Positions 12,200 to 23,582 of a stretch of DNA of 64,000 nucleotides are shown one piece after another (within the stretch, counting starts at the first letter, position 1; each line of letters opens with the position of its first letter). This DNA comes from Octopus sinensis (taxonomy: Eukaryota): contig NC_043026.1 of NCBI RefSeq assembly GCF_006345805.1, positions 7,812,001-7,876,000 on the forward strand. The letters are read 5' to 3'. Made by a program: the position numbers and the translations under genes. Under the pieces are notes generated by a model. The model did not search any database, was not told the origin of the DNA, and saw nothing but the letters and a program-made list of their open reading frames with translations.

Positions 12200-13630
12200 T
12201 CATCATCATCGTTTAACGTCCGCTTTCCATGCTAGCATGGGTTGGACGGTTCAACTGGGGTCTGGGAAGCCAGAAGGCTGCACCGGGCCCAGTCTGATCT
12301 GGCAATGTTTCTACGGCTGGATGCCCTTCCTAACACCAACCACTCCGTGAGTGTAGTGGGTCCTTTTTACGTGCCACCTGCACAGGTGCCAGATGAAGCT
12401 GGCAAACAGCCACGGTCGGATGGTGCTTTTTACGTGCCACCAGCAAGGAGGCCAGGTGAGGCTGGCAATGGCCACAATCGGATGGTGCTTTTTACGTGCC
12501 ACCAGCACGGAGGCCAGTCAAAGCAGCGCTGGCAACGGCCACGTTCGGATGGTTCAATTATGTGCCACCGGCACTGGTATCACAGCTACAATTTCCATTG
12601 ATGTTGATCAATTTTGATTTTGATTTTCACTTTCCTCAACAGGTCTTCACAAATAGAGTTTTGTATCCCAAGAAAGAAAGGTATGCATAAGTGGACTGGC
12701 TACATCCCAGGTAGAGGCCATGGTTATGGTCTCACTTGTCCTGCCGGGTCTTCTCATGCACAGCATACTTCCAAAGGTCTTGGTCTCTAGTCATTTCCTC
12801 GGTGAGACCTAAAGTTTGAAGGTCGTGCTTCACCACCTCGTCCCAGGTTTTCCTGGGTCTACCACTTCTACAGGTACCCTCAACCGCTAGGGTGTGGCAC
12901 TTTTTCACACAACTATCTTCATCCATTCTCGCCACATGACCATACCAGTGCAAACATCTCTCTTGCACACCACAACTGATGCTTCTTAGGTCCAACTTTT
13001 CTCTCAAGGTACTTGCACTCTGTCGAGTATGAACACTGACATTACACATCCATCGGAGCATACTGGCTTCATTTCTTGTGAGCTTACGCATGTCCTCAGC
13101 AGTCACGGCCCATGTTTCACTGCCATGTAGCATGGCTGTTCGTACACATGCGTCATACAGTCTGCCTTTTACTCTGAGCGAGAGGCCTTTTGTCACCAGC
13201 AGAGGTAAGAGCTCTCTGAACTTTGCCCAAGCTATTCTTACTCTAACTGTTACACTTTCAGCACACCCACCCCCGCTACTGACTTGGTCACCTAGGTAAC
13301 AGAAGCTATCAACTATTTCTAGTTTTTCTCCCTGGAATGTGGCGGAAGTTGGTCTCTGCGCATTTTCAGTGTTTATTGCTCCTGAGCATCTGCCACATAC
13401 AAAAACTATCTTCCTAGTTAGCCTTCCTTTGACATTGCTGCACCTCTTATGTGTCCATAGCTTACACTTGGTGCATCTTATAGAGTTTCTACCTACGCCT
13501 TTTCTACAGATTGAGCAGGGCCATCTACCTGAAGGCGTTTGTGATTTGTCTACCTTCCTACTTATTAGGACTTTGGTTTTAGCTAGGTTGACTCTAAGTC
13601 CCTTCGATTCTAATCCTTGCTTCCACACCT
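12200..13630 (-). mobile_element. 5'-truncated RTE-clade LINE, relatively young
   Basis: Uninterrupted 298-aa ORF covering the RT C-terminus (GLRVNLAKTK, FCYLG, AWAKFREL, WYGHVARM, GRPRKTW) with an embedded Cys-rich PHD-like segment; 3' UTR with ~60-65 nt tandem units; (GAT)n tail at ~12200. Confidence 0.92.
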
Positions 13631-13732
13631 GAGAAATAGTAAGACAACAAAAGAATGAAAGGGACCTCGATATTATGTAAATAGAGGAATTTATCTGTAA
13701 ATGTAATATGTGACAATTATTCGGTAGCCATG

Positions 13733-13790
13733 ATAAAACTCTGAGTTTCAGATGTCGGGGCAGAAACCCTTGCTGCCATCTCTTCAGTTA
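13733..13790 (-). ncRNA. Candidate type I hammerhead ribozyme motif
   Basis: Minus strand reads TAA-CTGAAGA-GATG..loop..CATC-t-GAAA-CTC-a-GAG-TT-TTA: core boxes present, helices I-III can form. Confidence 0.55.
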
Positions 13791-13862
13791 GTGCCTATAA
13801 CTGCCTGTTATGATGTATGGTCATTGGGTTGTGATGATGTCTGTGTGTATTTGGTATTTCAG

Positions 13863-13946
13863 GGTGCCTGGGTGTTGCCAGCCCTGAAACAGTTGCTGCA
13901 TCTATGTAAAAATATTTCCAAGCAGAATCTCAACAAATCAGACAAA
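13863..13946 (+). CDS. USP24: USP24 exon (GAWVLPALKQLL...NKSDK)
   Basis: tttcag acceptor, AAA|gtaagt donor, 84 nt; matches the WVVPALRQL motif. Confidence 0.92.
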
Positions 13947-14053
13947 GTAAGTGAAATATTTTTTGGTTAAAGCTGTGTGCCAGGGCAGAATGAAGAGTTG
14001 TGTGTGTGTATGGATGGATGTATATATGTGCAGATGGATGTGTGTGTATGTAT

Positions 14054-15902
14054 TAGGGCTCGCAAAAAACTGATAATTCTCAAAACCGAGTTCAAGTATA
14101 AGTAATTCTCAAAACCGGTTTTCGCAGGTACTACTTAAGAAATCTCTAAAGAATTCGGGTACTATTTAAGAAGAGTGGTCCCGGTGCGCGTACTCACGTA
14201 CTCGCGCATCCGCGCTAGCTAGTCGTGACTAGTCGATCCTTACTTGTGTTTTTGTGTTTTATTTACTTTGTTTTTAAAAAATTATTTACTTTGTCTAAAA
14301 AAATTATTTATTTTGTTTTATTTACTAGGTAGTCGTAGGATCGACTAGTCACGACTAGCTAGCGCGAGTACATGAGTGCGCGCACTGGGACCACTCTTTT
14401 TAAATAGTATCCGAATTCTTTAGAGATTTCAAATCCATCTGTTACCATCTTGGGCTCTTCATTCATTTTCTTCATTGCGCTTGTTTTATTCACGAATGAG
14501 TCCAGTACCTTCATAAGTAGATGGAGCAACAGTAACACTTGTTTTTAGGTTCCCTCCTATTTCATTTTCTTTGTATAATTCTGTTGTGTTCTCAGCATCA
14601 TGTTCAGGAAATAATCTCCTATATGTTTGTTCAGCATACTTCCTTAAATGTTGTTTCGTTAAAAATAGAAAAGGTCCAGAAATTGACTCACCTTTAAATT
14701 TCCTTGGGTTATGTAAATACCTCAAGAGAGTCAAGGTTTCGACATTTCTTCTCTTATTATATCTATGCATAAGTCTTTCACGAAGATTTAGAGCCAAAGG
14801 GTTGCTGACGATATTAAGTTTATTCAATAAAAATTCTATAGAATATTCCACTTTCAGTAAACCCGTATCATCAGCGCAAATAGCCTTCAAAATAATTTCT
14901 ACTGAATGCAGAATTTCATATAGGTAAATTGAGAGATTTCCATTCTTCGTCAGTGACGGCATCTATGGAAAGTTCTGCTCGTAAAGCATTTGGAATGCAG
15001 CTTTTCAGTTCCAAAAATCTCTCAATTATATGGAATGTGTGCAATTCCACCAAGTTCTGCAATCCAGTATAAGTTTATATTCTCTGTTATCAAAGTTCGC
15101 TCATACAAAATCTTGCAAAATTTCATTTTTTGTAGGAGATTTACAGAAAAGTTTTGAAATTTTTCTTACCTTATTTAAAACTTTGTTAAATTCAGGTTTT
15201 AGCTGGGGAAAACAAGCATTTTCGTGACCAATCTGTTTGACAAAGTATGTCTTGTTGGCTTATGTCAGCTTCATCATCACTATCGTCTGTTATGGCGATC
15301 ACTGTCGTCTGTTATAGCGATCTCTACATTTTTTGTATCAAAAAATTTAGTGTTACTTCCTTGAAATGAATCTGGAACTGGTTATTACATATGCTCAACG
15401 GGAAAGATCACCCGACTGAAGACTAACAGCATCCCTTGACTTGCTATGAATAAAATCAGTTACCTGCAAATTCAAAGAGTCAGCCAGGGGTTAGCGAAGG
15501 AGATGACAAGGTGCTGATCTAAGGTTCAAGGGGAAAGAAGGTGAGAATTGATATGTTGCGATATGTTTCAATGAAACAGACAGCACTCTCAACTAAAGGC
15601 GACCAACAACAGTTCAGTTAGTTCAGTTTCAACGATATTTCTTGAAAAGAAAAAATGGAGAAATGTTTTGCAAAAAAAAAAAAAGAAAGAAAGAGCGGAT
15701 CTTTTCACTTTGACCGGTACATTTAAAAAATAGTTATTTGTAACTAAACACTTTTAAACTCCGTATACTGGTAGAATGTGTTACATAAAACATCTTTTAT
15801 TGAAAAGATCCAAAACAGCAAGCCTTAAAATCGGTTTTGGCAAATCAATTTTGGTTTTACTGATCATAATATAAAACTGGTTTTAACCGGTTTCGAGGCC
15901 TA
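14054..15902 (-). mobile_element. hAT DNA transposon, decayed
   Basis: Short TIRs tagggctcg / cgaggccta; exact 8-bp TSD gtatgtat (14046-14053, 15903-15910); subterminal aaaaccg repeats; frameshifted transposase (LILDCRTWWN, ERFLEL, ORF 14486-14962). Confidence 0.9.
14139..14430. repeat. Inverted repeat (~100-bp arms, AT-rich spacer) inside the hAT element
   Basis: gaaatctctaaagaattcgg...gactagtcgatcct pairs with aggatcgactagtc...ccgaattctttagagatttc. Confidence 0.9.
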
Positions 15903-16032
15903 GTATGTATATATATATATAGGAGTATATATATAAGTTAGAGGAAACAGCTGTAGGAAGAAATGATTATCAATTTATTAATAAATAAATATTAACCACT
16001 AACTCTCCATTTTCTTCTCTTAATTTAATACG

Positions 16033-16094
<62 letters not shown>

Positions 16095-16218
16095 TATATG
16101 TGTGTTCTGTATAACTTTATACTGCAACAATAATTCTGAATTTACCCTCTTCCCCATTATTTCCATAAAAGAAGAAGGAAACCCAATCCAAGACCTTTTT
16201 GTTATTTTCTGTTTTCAG

Positions 16219-16362
16219 GGCATCCTTTATGAACTCAATCGCAATCAAGATGTTGTTAAATTAGTGACTGGAAGTTTATTAAAATGCCACAAGATGGCAG
16301 CAAGTTTTGATGGTAACTTGAACCCTGCCGCTATAGTTGATGGTCGCTATACACACTCTGAG
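16219..16362 (+). CDS. USP24: USP24 exon (GILYELNRNQDVVKLVTGSL...VDGRYTHSE)
   Basis: tttcag acceptor, GAG|gtattt donor, 144 nt, phase 0-0. Confidence 0.93.
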
Positions 16363-16449
16363 GTATTTCATTACTCTGTTCTTTTTGGATTCTGGGTAGA
16401 GAAGGCAGTGCCCATCACCCTTTATAGGGGCTTAGATAACCCTAGTATT

Positions 16450-16860
16450 TGACTAGTACTTTATTCTATTAACCCTGGAGGGGATGAGTCGATTATACTG
16501 ACCCCACTGTTTCACTGGTACTTAATTTATCGACCCCGAAACGTTGAAAGGCAAAGTTGACCTTGATGGAATTTAAACTCTGAATGTAGTGACAGGTAAA
16601 TTATTGCTAAACATTTTGTCCAGCATGCTAACGATTCTGCCAGCTTGCCACCTTAATAATAATAGTAATAATAATAATAATCCTTTCTACTATAGGCACA
16701 AAGCCTGAAATTTGGTGGGAGGTGGTAAGTTAATTATATCGACCCCAGTGCTCCATTGGCACTTATTTTATCGACTCCTGTAAGGATGAAAGGCAGAGTC
16801 GACTGTAACAGAATTTGAACTCAGAATGTAAAGTCGTACAGAATGTCACTCAGCATTGTT
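16450..16860 (-). mobile_element. Tandem tRNA-derived SINE copies, family B
   Basis: ggtacttaatttatcgacccc..gaaaggcaaagttgacct..gaattt.aactc; related copies near 2690, 5190-5530, 27740-27960, 36050-36500(+), 50470, 56130, 58810, 61860, 63360. Confidence 0.75.
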
Positions 16861-16889
16861 ATCCAGAAAAGAAATGGAGGAGGAGGGAA

Positions 16890-18400
16890 TAATAATTTCA
16901 TTTTGCATGAAGGGGCACATTTAAAAAGGCAGGTTACAGTTTTTGTGGGGGTTAACATGAAAAATCAAGTGAGTGGGGAAAGATGAGATACAAACTGTAC
17001 AAAATATGTGACTTCATGGGTGATGCAGTCTTCCTGTACCTCCTATTAGGGCCAATCTAGGATCACTCTGACCATTAAGGGTACATGCCCCTATCTAAGT
17101 GTTGTCCTCCAATCTGTTGCACCTTTAGGGTTGGTTCATTTGCCCTTAGCATTTTTGCCACAGCTCCCCAGCTTATGATAAATTTGCTGGGGAAGAGTTC
17201 TTCCCTTTCCTTTCCATGTGAAATTTAAAAATAAAGTCGAATGAAAACATGACTGAAGAAGGTGTCTGTCCTCAATTCTTTCAGTTTTTTCTACTACATG
17301 ACCTTTTATTTACCATATTTATCAGAGGAAAACTGCCAGTCCAGTCTCGTTAATGAAGGTCGGTGGGATCTTCAAAGTGGACTCACCTAATAGGTGGGTC
17401 TGCACCAGCTTTTTGACATAACTCCTCATCTCAGCAATGCTCAGATACTGAACAAATGTATGCAATATCATTTTGTCTCTCTGTGTCCTTCTCCAACAGT
17501 CCCATGTAGCAGCACTTCAATGCCTGTAGAGCTTATTTTGAACTGGTAGCATTGTGTTACCAGGTCAAGGATTGCTGGAAATTATCCATGGTAGTCCTTG
17601 GTCCAAAAGTCCTTTGCGATAGACCAATCATTTTGTCCTCATCAATACCTAAAGTGTCTCCAAGACAGCCATTGCTCTTATTCACTGCAAGTTCTGTATA
17701 TAATGCAAAAATAGAACTCCCATTGCTGTCATTGCCCAGTCAGTACTTGTATTCTCAAATACTAAGTTCCTTCTCATCTTGTTTTTTTAACCAGGACAGC
17801 AGCTTCATCAAAGAGATGAGCTGGTGAAACGTATGCCTTACAAACAGAGACTCTACCTGTTTACCATTCAGGAATCTGTACTGGTGGTGTAGCTGCAGTA
17901 CATGTCTGCATGTAAACGGCCACCTCATGCTGTGTCCCCTGTCCAAAGAGTGCTGGCCACAGATGGTCTGCCTGACTTATGAAACACATCTTTACTCCTC
18001 TTCCACAGGAAACAACAAGAGATACTCCATCTAGTCAAGTAGGACCTGGATTACAGCATGACAAGTAGTCAATTAGAATAGAAACAACATGGCTGTTTTC
18101 TTCCTCAGTTGAATATTTCAGGGACAACTTCTTCTCAAACCATTTCTGAGTAAAGTTGGTCTCACTGCTTGTAGCCATATGCTAGTTCTTGTCTATCTCC
18201 AGGTCTAGACTGATCCAGACACCGAACAGTTTGACAGGTCCATCTTTCTAGTGACTCCCTTTTCGACACTGTTCTGTGGCACAGAACTTGCTTCTTCAAA
18301 TGTTAAGTTGCACATAAGGGAGACAGAAAGGACAGCCCTGATGGACTTAGCACACAATACAAAACAGTTTTGAGTCATGGCCTTTCACTCTGCCTTTATA
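16890..18400 (-). mobile_element. Decayed Tx1/L1-clade LINE, 3' part of ORF2
   Basis: Minus-strand relics DGPVKLFGVW, KWFEKKLSLK typical of the RT thumb region; A-rich 3' end near 16890; many stop codons. Confidence 0.6.
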
Positions 18401-18512
18401 TATTATTGCATTCCAGTCTGAAACCAATTTTAGGACCAATGCCAAATTGTAATGGTTGACCTTATTCAACAGTTTCAATTATTTGCTTCAGCTAATCATA
18501 GTTTTAATAATA

Positions 18513-19034
18513 TTAAGTTGTCCGGAAAGTTCTGAGCAGTTTTTAATATATAAAAAGGGATATAATTCATGAACCATACTTCTAGAAACTTCCAACTCCC
18601 CTGCAGGTTCTCTAGTTGTCATATTTAAGTTTCCTTTTTCCACCACATTTTGAAGGTCTTCCACTGCAACTGTTAACTTCCAAGTTAAACTTTCCAGCTT
18701 TAAATTTTGCAAACATCTTCAAACAATTGATTCACCCACAACATCATCACTGGAAACTTCACAAATGTTTTTGCAAGTCTTTACAACATTTTCTCCTTTT
18801 TTTTAAAAAAGAAAAGCATTTAAACGTGAATATGAAATTTTTGGTTCTCCATTTCAAATATCAAAAAAGGGTAACCGGAATGAAAAATGAATCTATTTTT
18901 AGTTAGGAACAAATAAGTGATGCACTACCACTTCAAGCAATGGCAAGGTTTTACCTGTGTTAAGTTTCAGGTGTGTTCAATGGAGTGTTACAAGATTTAG
19001 TTTAAAAACGCTCAGAACTTTCTAGACAACCTAA
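18513..19034 (-). mobile_element. Internally deleted mariner element (MITE-like)
   Basis: TIRs ttaagttgtccggaaagttctgagc / gctcagaactttctagacaacctaa, TA on both sides; N-terminal HTH relic (MENQKFH..FKKGEN...TTRE.A.ELEVS). Confidence 0.88.
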
Positions 19035-19245
19035 TATAACTATCCGGTGCCACTCTGTAAAGTGGTTAGCGTTAGGAAGGGCATCCAACTGAAGAAACCC
19101 TGCCAAACAGACAATTAGGGCCTAGTGTTGCTCTTAGGCCTTCCAGCTCCTATCAACCCATCCAACACATGCCAGACTGGGAAACAGACATTAAATGACG
19201 ACAATGATGATGATGATGCTGATCTCTCTCTCTCTTCCTCTCCAG

Positions 19246-19377
19246 TATGTGTCAACTCATCTGAACTTCCTGCAGTATATTCTTCAAGTCGGTATTCAGA
19301 CTTTAACTTGGAACCGAGCTCGGGAAATTTGGAGTACTTTGGTTGCTAATGTGGAGGCTTGTGATTGGGACAAGGAG
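19246..19377 (+). CDS. USP24: USP24 exon (YVSTHLNFLQY...WNRAREIW...CDWDKE)
   Basis: ctccag acceptor, GAG|gtgagt donor, 132 nt. Confidence 0.94.
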
Positions 19378-19994
19378 GTGAGTTGTTGTTGTTTGCTTTG
19401 TGTGTCCTACAAACATAGAATTCTCTAACCCCACCCCATTTTCTGTTGTGTCCATAACCTCTTTGAGGTCAGCTCTGCCAGAGTGACCTCTAGGGGCCAT
19501 CCCCCTCCTTTACTAGCATTTTCACATCTTATGCCACCAGTTCCCTTCCTCCCATACTCTTTTGTTCCTTTTTCTCTCATTAATCACTCTGTTTCCATGA
19601 CAACCTTTCCCTATACATGACCCCTTCCAAGACATTCAGCTCTTGTGATTACATCAGTTGATGCCCTCCATTACACAACACACCCCATAGATCTCCCCTG
19701 TCCCCTAAATATCCTGTTCATTATTCCTCAACACTCCACAGGTCTCTTGTTACCCATCTCCAGTCACATTATTAGACTTTCTCATATTAATCCCATCCTC
19801 TTTCTTAATCCCACAAGCTACTGGCACCACCTCCACAAATATTGTATTTTATAACGATTCTTGTTTCTGTTTTTATAACATTGTTTCAGCATGATGAAGA
19901 TTTTCATTCTGTCTGATTGCTTTGTAATTTGGGGGAGATTTAGCTGCTATTTCTACCAAGTCTAGCTCCTTAGTAGAAGTCTACCTTATTAGCT

Positions 19995-20335
19995 CAGAAA
20001 GACCCTTTCGGTCATGAATGACCATGGGATTGCTCCTGGAAAGTTCCTCTCCAAGGCACGAGTGTGAGCAAAGTTGTTTACGAAAGACCAGCAGTCTCCC
20101 ATGCATACCAGTATCCTAACTCCACATGACTGATGTTATCCAAGGGAAAGGCAAAGGGGCCGATACAGCTTGGCACCTGTGATGTCACGACTCATTTCTA
20201 CAGCTGAGTGAACTGGAGTAATGTGAAATAAAGTGTCTTGCTCAAGAACACAACACAGAGCCCAATCCGAGAATTGAACTCACTACCTCATGATTGTGAG
20301 CCCGACGCTCTAATCACCGAGCCATGTGCCTCATT
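19995..20335 (-). mobile_element. tRNA-derived SINE, family C
   Basis: gtgtcttgctcaagaacacaac, aagggaaaggcaaagggg.cgatacagcttggcacc; an oppositely oriented copy lies at ~41190-41510. Confidence 0.75.
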
Positions 20336-20582
20336 AGCTCATACACACATGTCTACATACATAAAATAGTCAGGTGTGATTTGAGGGAGACTTGGATACT
20401 GTTTCTCTCAGTAAGTGTTCCCCACTTCCCTTTATTCCATTGTTAAGGTTGTTAGAAGCGTAACTTCTCTCCATATGTTGACTGATGGAACAATGTTGTA
20501 GATAGTTCCTTGATGTCTATGTATATCTAACCATTGGCAATAAATATGACCAATTTGTCTGACTGTTGGCTCTCTGTTTTAG

Positions 20583-20694
20583 ACATGTTACGAATGGTTC
20601 AGTCGTGGAATTGAGGATTTAGACTCTGAAGCGGTCAGCCAGTTGTTCCAGAAAGAACTGCTCAAATTAGATCCTTCGGTTCTCAGTGAAAAAG
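20583..20694 (+). CDS. USP24: USP24 exon (TCYEWFSRGIEDLDSE...VLSEK-G)
   Basis: ttttag acceptor, G|gtcagt donor, 112 nt, phase 0-1. Confidence 0.93.
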
Positions 20695-21471
20695 GTCAGT
20701 AATTTTGTTTCAAATAATTTCTTTTTCTTTTTTTTAATTTCTCTTACTATCCAACTTTTCCTTGCGGTTTGAATGGGTTGGTTACAGTTTGCTATTAAAA
20801 TGAATTCCTCAGGTTTCTTTCAACAGTTTAACAACAGATGACCTTCTTGTTCCATCCTTTACAATAACAACTGCACTTTTTACAATAACAACTGCACCAT
20901 GATTCCTGCAATGTGATGGGTGCTTGTGTGCCTCATAATGCTCACACTCTTTCCTACCTCCCAAACTACAGCTCAAGATTTTGGTTCTTTGTTTTAAGGA
21001 TATCCTCCATCTTTACTGAATCCCTTTTTCCTTACATCCCTAAAATATAATGGTTATGTAATACTATAATCCCATGATGGAAACCTGCCATTTTTGCATC
21101 CACCTGCATCCTGTGCACATTAGCTAAATCTGCTCAAACACTTCAGGGATTCATCACTTTATATACATACATATATGGGCCAAGTATGAAAATACCTCTG
21201 GTTGCTACAAAAAGGCCCTGATCATGTGCCTTCCTTTACACTTGAACCAGCCATTCCATACCTGAGTCTTTCTTCACCAAACTCTTCAACCTCTCTCTAC
21301 GGTGGGTCAGTTTCACAAGGGGTCCAACACCCTGACCATTCTCTTACTACCACACTCACTTCCTACATCTTAAATGTGATGGATCAGCCATTAACAACAA
21401 CCTTCTCCAATACCTTACACGTTTCTTTCTGCTAAAACAACCACCATTGCAGATCCTATAAAACCTTGTTG

Positions 21472-21935
21472 TGAAGTGGTGTTTTCCAGGACTGCGTGTA
21501 GAAGTAATTAACGACACTCACAATTAACAGATTTATTTACTGCCCATGGTATTTTCTGTGTTGGTTTCTTGACCAAAACTAACAACCACAATTACTCGTG
21601 TGGAGACACATACTACTGGGATCTATGTCAATTTAACTGGTGTATAAGCAATGTGTGGTTGGGCCCTCACAACAGGAAAAATAGTCCTGCTATATGCAGG
21701 ATGACAAAATCTGTGTTTTCTAATTGCCATGAGACTGGAGATGTCAAGCAGCTGCCTCAACGTTTGCCAAAATAAAAACCCCCACCTTTATATAGGGCTC
21801 AGTGAGAAAGTTCTAGAAAGTTGAATAACACGATGGCTTGATACTGATGAGTTGCATAATCGGCTGATACTGTGAAATGAAAGTGGTCTCATTATAGCTG
21901 CCTGGCAATATGGTTTCAAATCCATTACTACTTCA
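21472..21935 (-). mobile_element. Candidate solo LTR (464 bp)
   Basis: Inverted termini tgaagtggt / actacttca (TG...CA); minus-strand TATA (~21790) upstream of AATAAA (~21533); no clear TSD. Confidence 0.45.
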
Positions 21936-22399
21936 TCCACTGCTTGACCTTGAGAGATCTGATGAAACCAGTGTTGTTGCTTTTGACATCAGCTGAGTTT
22001 TGCCCCATGTCAAGTGTGTGAATCCCCTATCAACACTGCTGGCCTAAGGGTGCCTTCATTGTTTTCCTGTAACACCCGGGGCTGCAGTGAGCTAGTGGTG
22101 AATCCCCTATCAACACTGCTACCTCATGGGGCTCCATCTATTTCTTCTTCCCCACAGCCTCCTGTTTGCCTCTCCTTAAATGAAATAATAAAAAAACAAT
22201 CCAATTTGTAGCATGTATTGAGTGCTACATATGAAGTCCACTTCACATGAACTAAATTCAATGAACATTGTGTGTGTATATGCATGTATATATGTGTGTG
22301 TGTGTGAATATCTGTGTGTGTGTATGTATTATATTTATATGCATGTATGTGTGTGAATATATATTGTGTGAACCTCATTGTCTTTGTCTTAATTGCTAG

Positions 22400-22482
22400 G
22401 GTTTACATGTGTGAAGAACTTTTTTGAATCTGCCAACCTTTATGAGCATAAACTGAAGAAATCTTCTACAGGCCTTAGTTTG
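22400..22482 (+). CDS. USP24: USP24 exon (GFTCVKNFFESANLYEHKLKK...SL)
   Basis: gctag acceptor, TTG|gtgagt donor, 83 nt, phase 1-0. Confidence 0.92.
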
Positions 22483-23441
22483 GTGAGTTTTCAGATTTTT
22501 CATATTGTGCTGCTCCTCCCCCTCACCTCCACATATTCCAACCATGACCATTCCATCTTTTATTCAGGCATAGTGTACCTAAGATTGTGTTATCATTTTT
22601 TTAAGACAGTAAGATTTGAGGAGAATTTCGCTGTTATTTTTACATAACTGAATGACTCAAGATGTAGATTTTATTATTACCTCATGGCATGGTTAAGAAG
22701 TTTGCTTTGCAACTGTGTGATGGCAGGTTCAATCTCAATATAAAGTATGTTGTGCTAATGTTTTCCACATTGTCCTAAAGGCAACCCAAGCCTTTTGAAT
22801 AATGGAAACTATGGAAGCCCATTGGAACCACCATTTAACACCGACACCCCTGGCTCTATGTCACAATGCATGCAAGGGTTTTATGAGGTTTTTTTTTGCG
22901 GGTCAGGAAATGCAAGAAGGTTTTACAATGTTGATTGTTTGTAATGCTCCATACTGAATGAAAGGGGTCTTGTATAGGTGCAAGGTGCAACACATGCACC
23001 CATCGACTGTTTTAAAGCATTTTTAATGTTTCTTGTAAAATATTAAAAAAGTCGATAATGGTTTCTTGTAACTTTTAGCATTTGTTTAGTGTGATGTGGG
23101 TCATAAAGGAAACCCTTTTTGTGAGAAGTATTTGACACTTTACCTCTGGTCTGAGGATAAAGGATCACTTTCTCCCTTCCTTCTTTTACTATCAGAGGCC
23201 CAACAAAATAACACAGGTAACACCTTAAACCCTATTTTAAAATGTGTAGATTTTATTTGTTGGCCTTAATGTGTGAGGACCCCTTTCACATCAGCTCCTC
23301 ATATGTGACTATGACATCTGTTACAGTCACACTTAGCACTTCATTATCACTGTTACTGTCACATTTAACTTTGTAATTTTTAGAATCCCATTGAACATGG
23401 TAGTGCAATTGTTAGAGTCCTGTTAATGTTTTCTTTTGCAG

Positions 23442-23582
23442 ATTGTTGAGAAACCGGACCTGTGTGGACTTGAATTCCTCTGGGAGACCTGTTTGAACAC
23501 CCCAAATGAGACGATAGCAGCAGCAGCCATCCAATTACTCCTTGATATGTCATATTCAAATTTAACCCCTAAAATAAAAAAG
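23442..23582 (+). CDS. USP24: USP24 exon (IVEKPDLCGLEFLW...SYSNLTPKIKK)
   Basis: ttgcag acceptor, AAG|gtatac donor, 141 nt. Confidence 0.93.

Noticed and set aside
12340-12580. Regularly spaced ~25-nt repeats with variable spacers (cggatggtgctttttacgtgccacc), CRISPR-like in appearance
   Set aside because: The spacers are related to each other, the array is part of the RTE 3' UTR (it recurs near 25400 and 56390), the context is eukaryotic and there are no cas genes.
21940-21990. ctgatgaaacc as another hammerhead core
   Set aside because: There is no helix II between CTGATGA and GAAA, so the motif cannot be folded into a hammerhead.
22018-22122. 23-nt direct repeat gtgaatcccctatcaacactgct; similar short duplications near 11592 and 20858
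   Set aside because: Only two copies each, consistent with ordinary slippage or local duplication, with no further structure.
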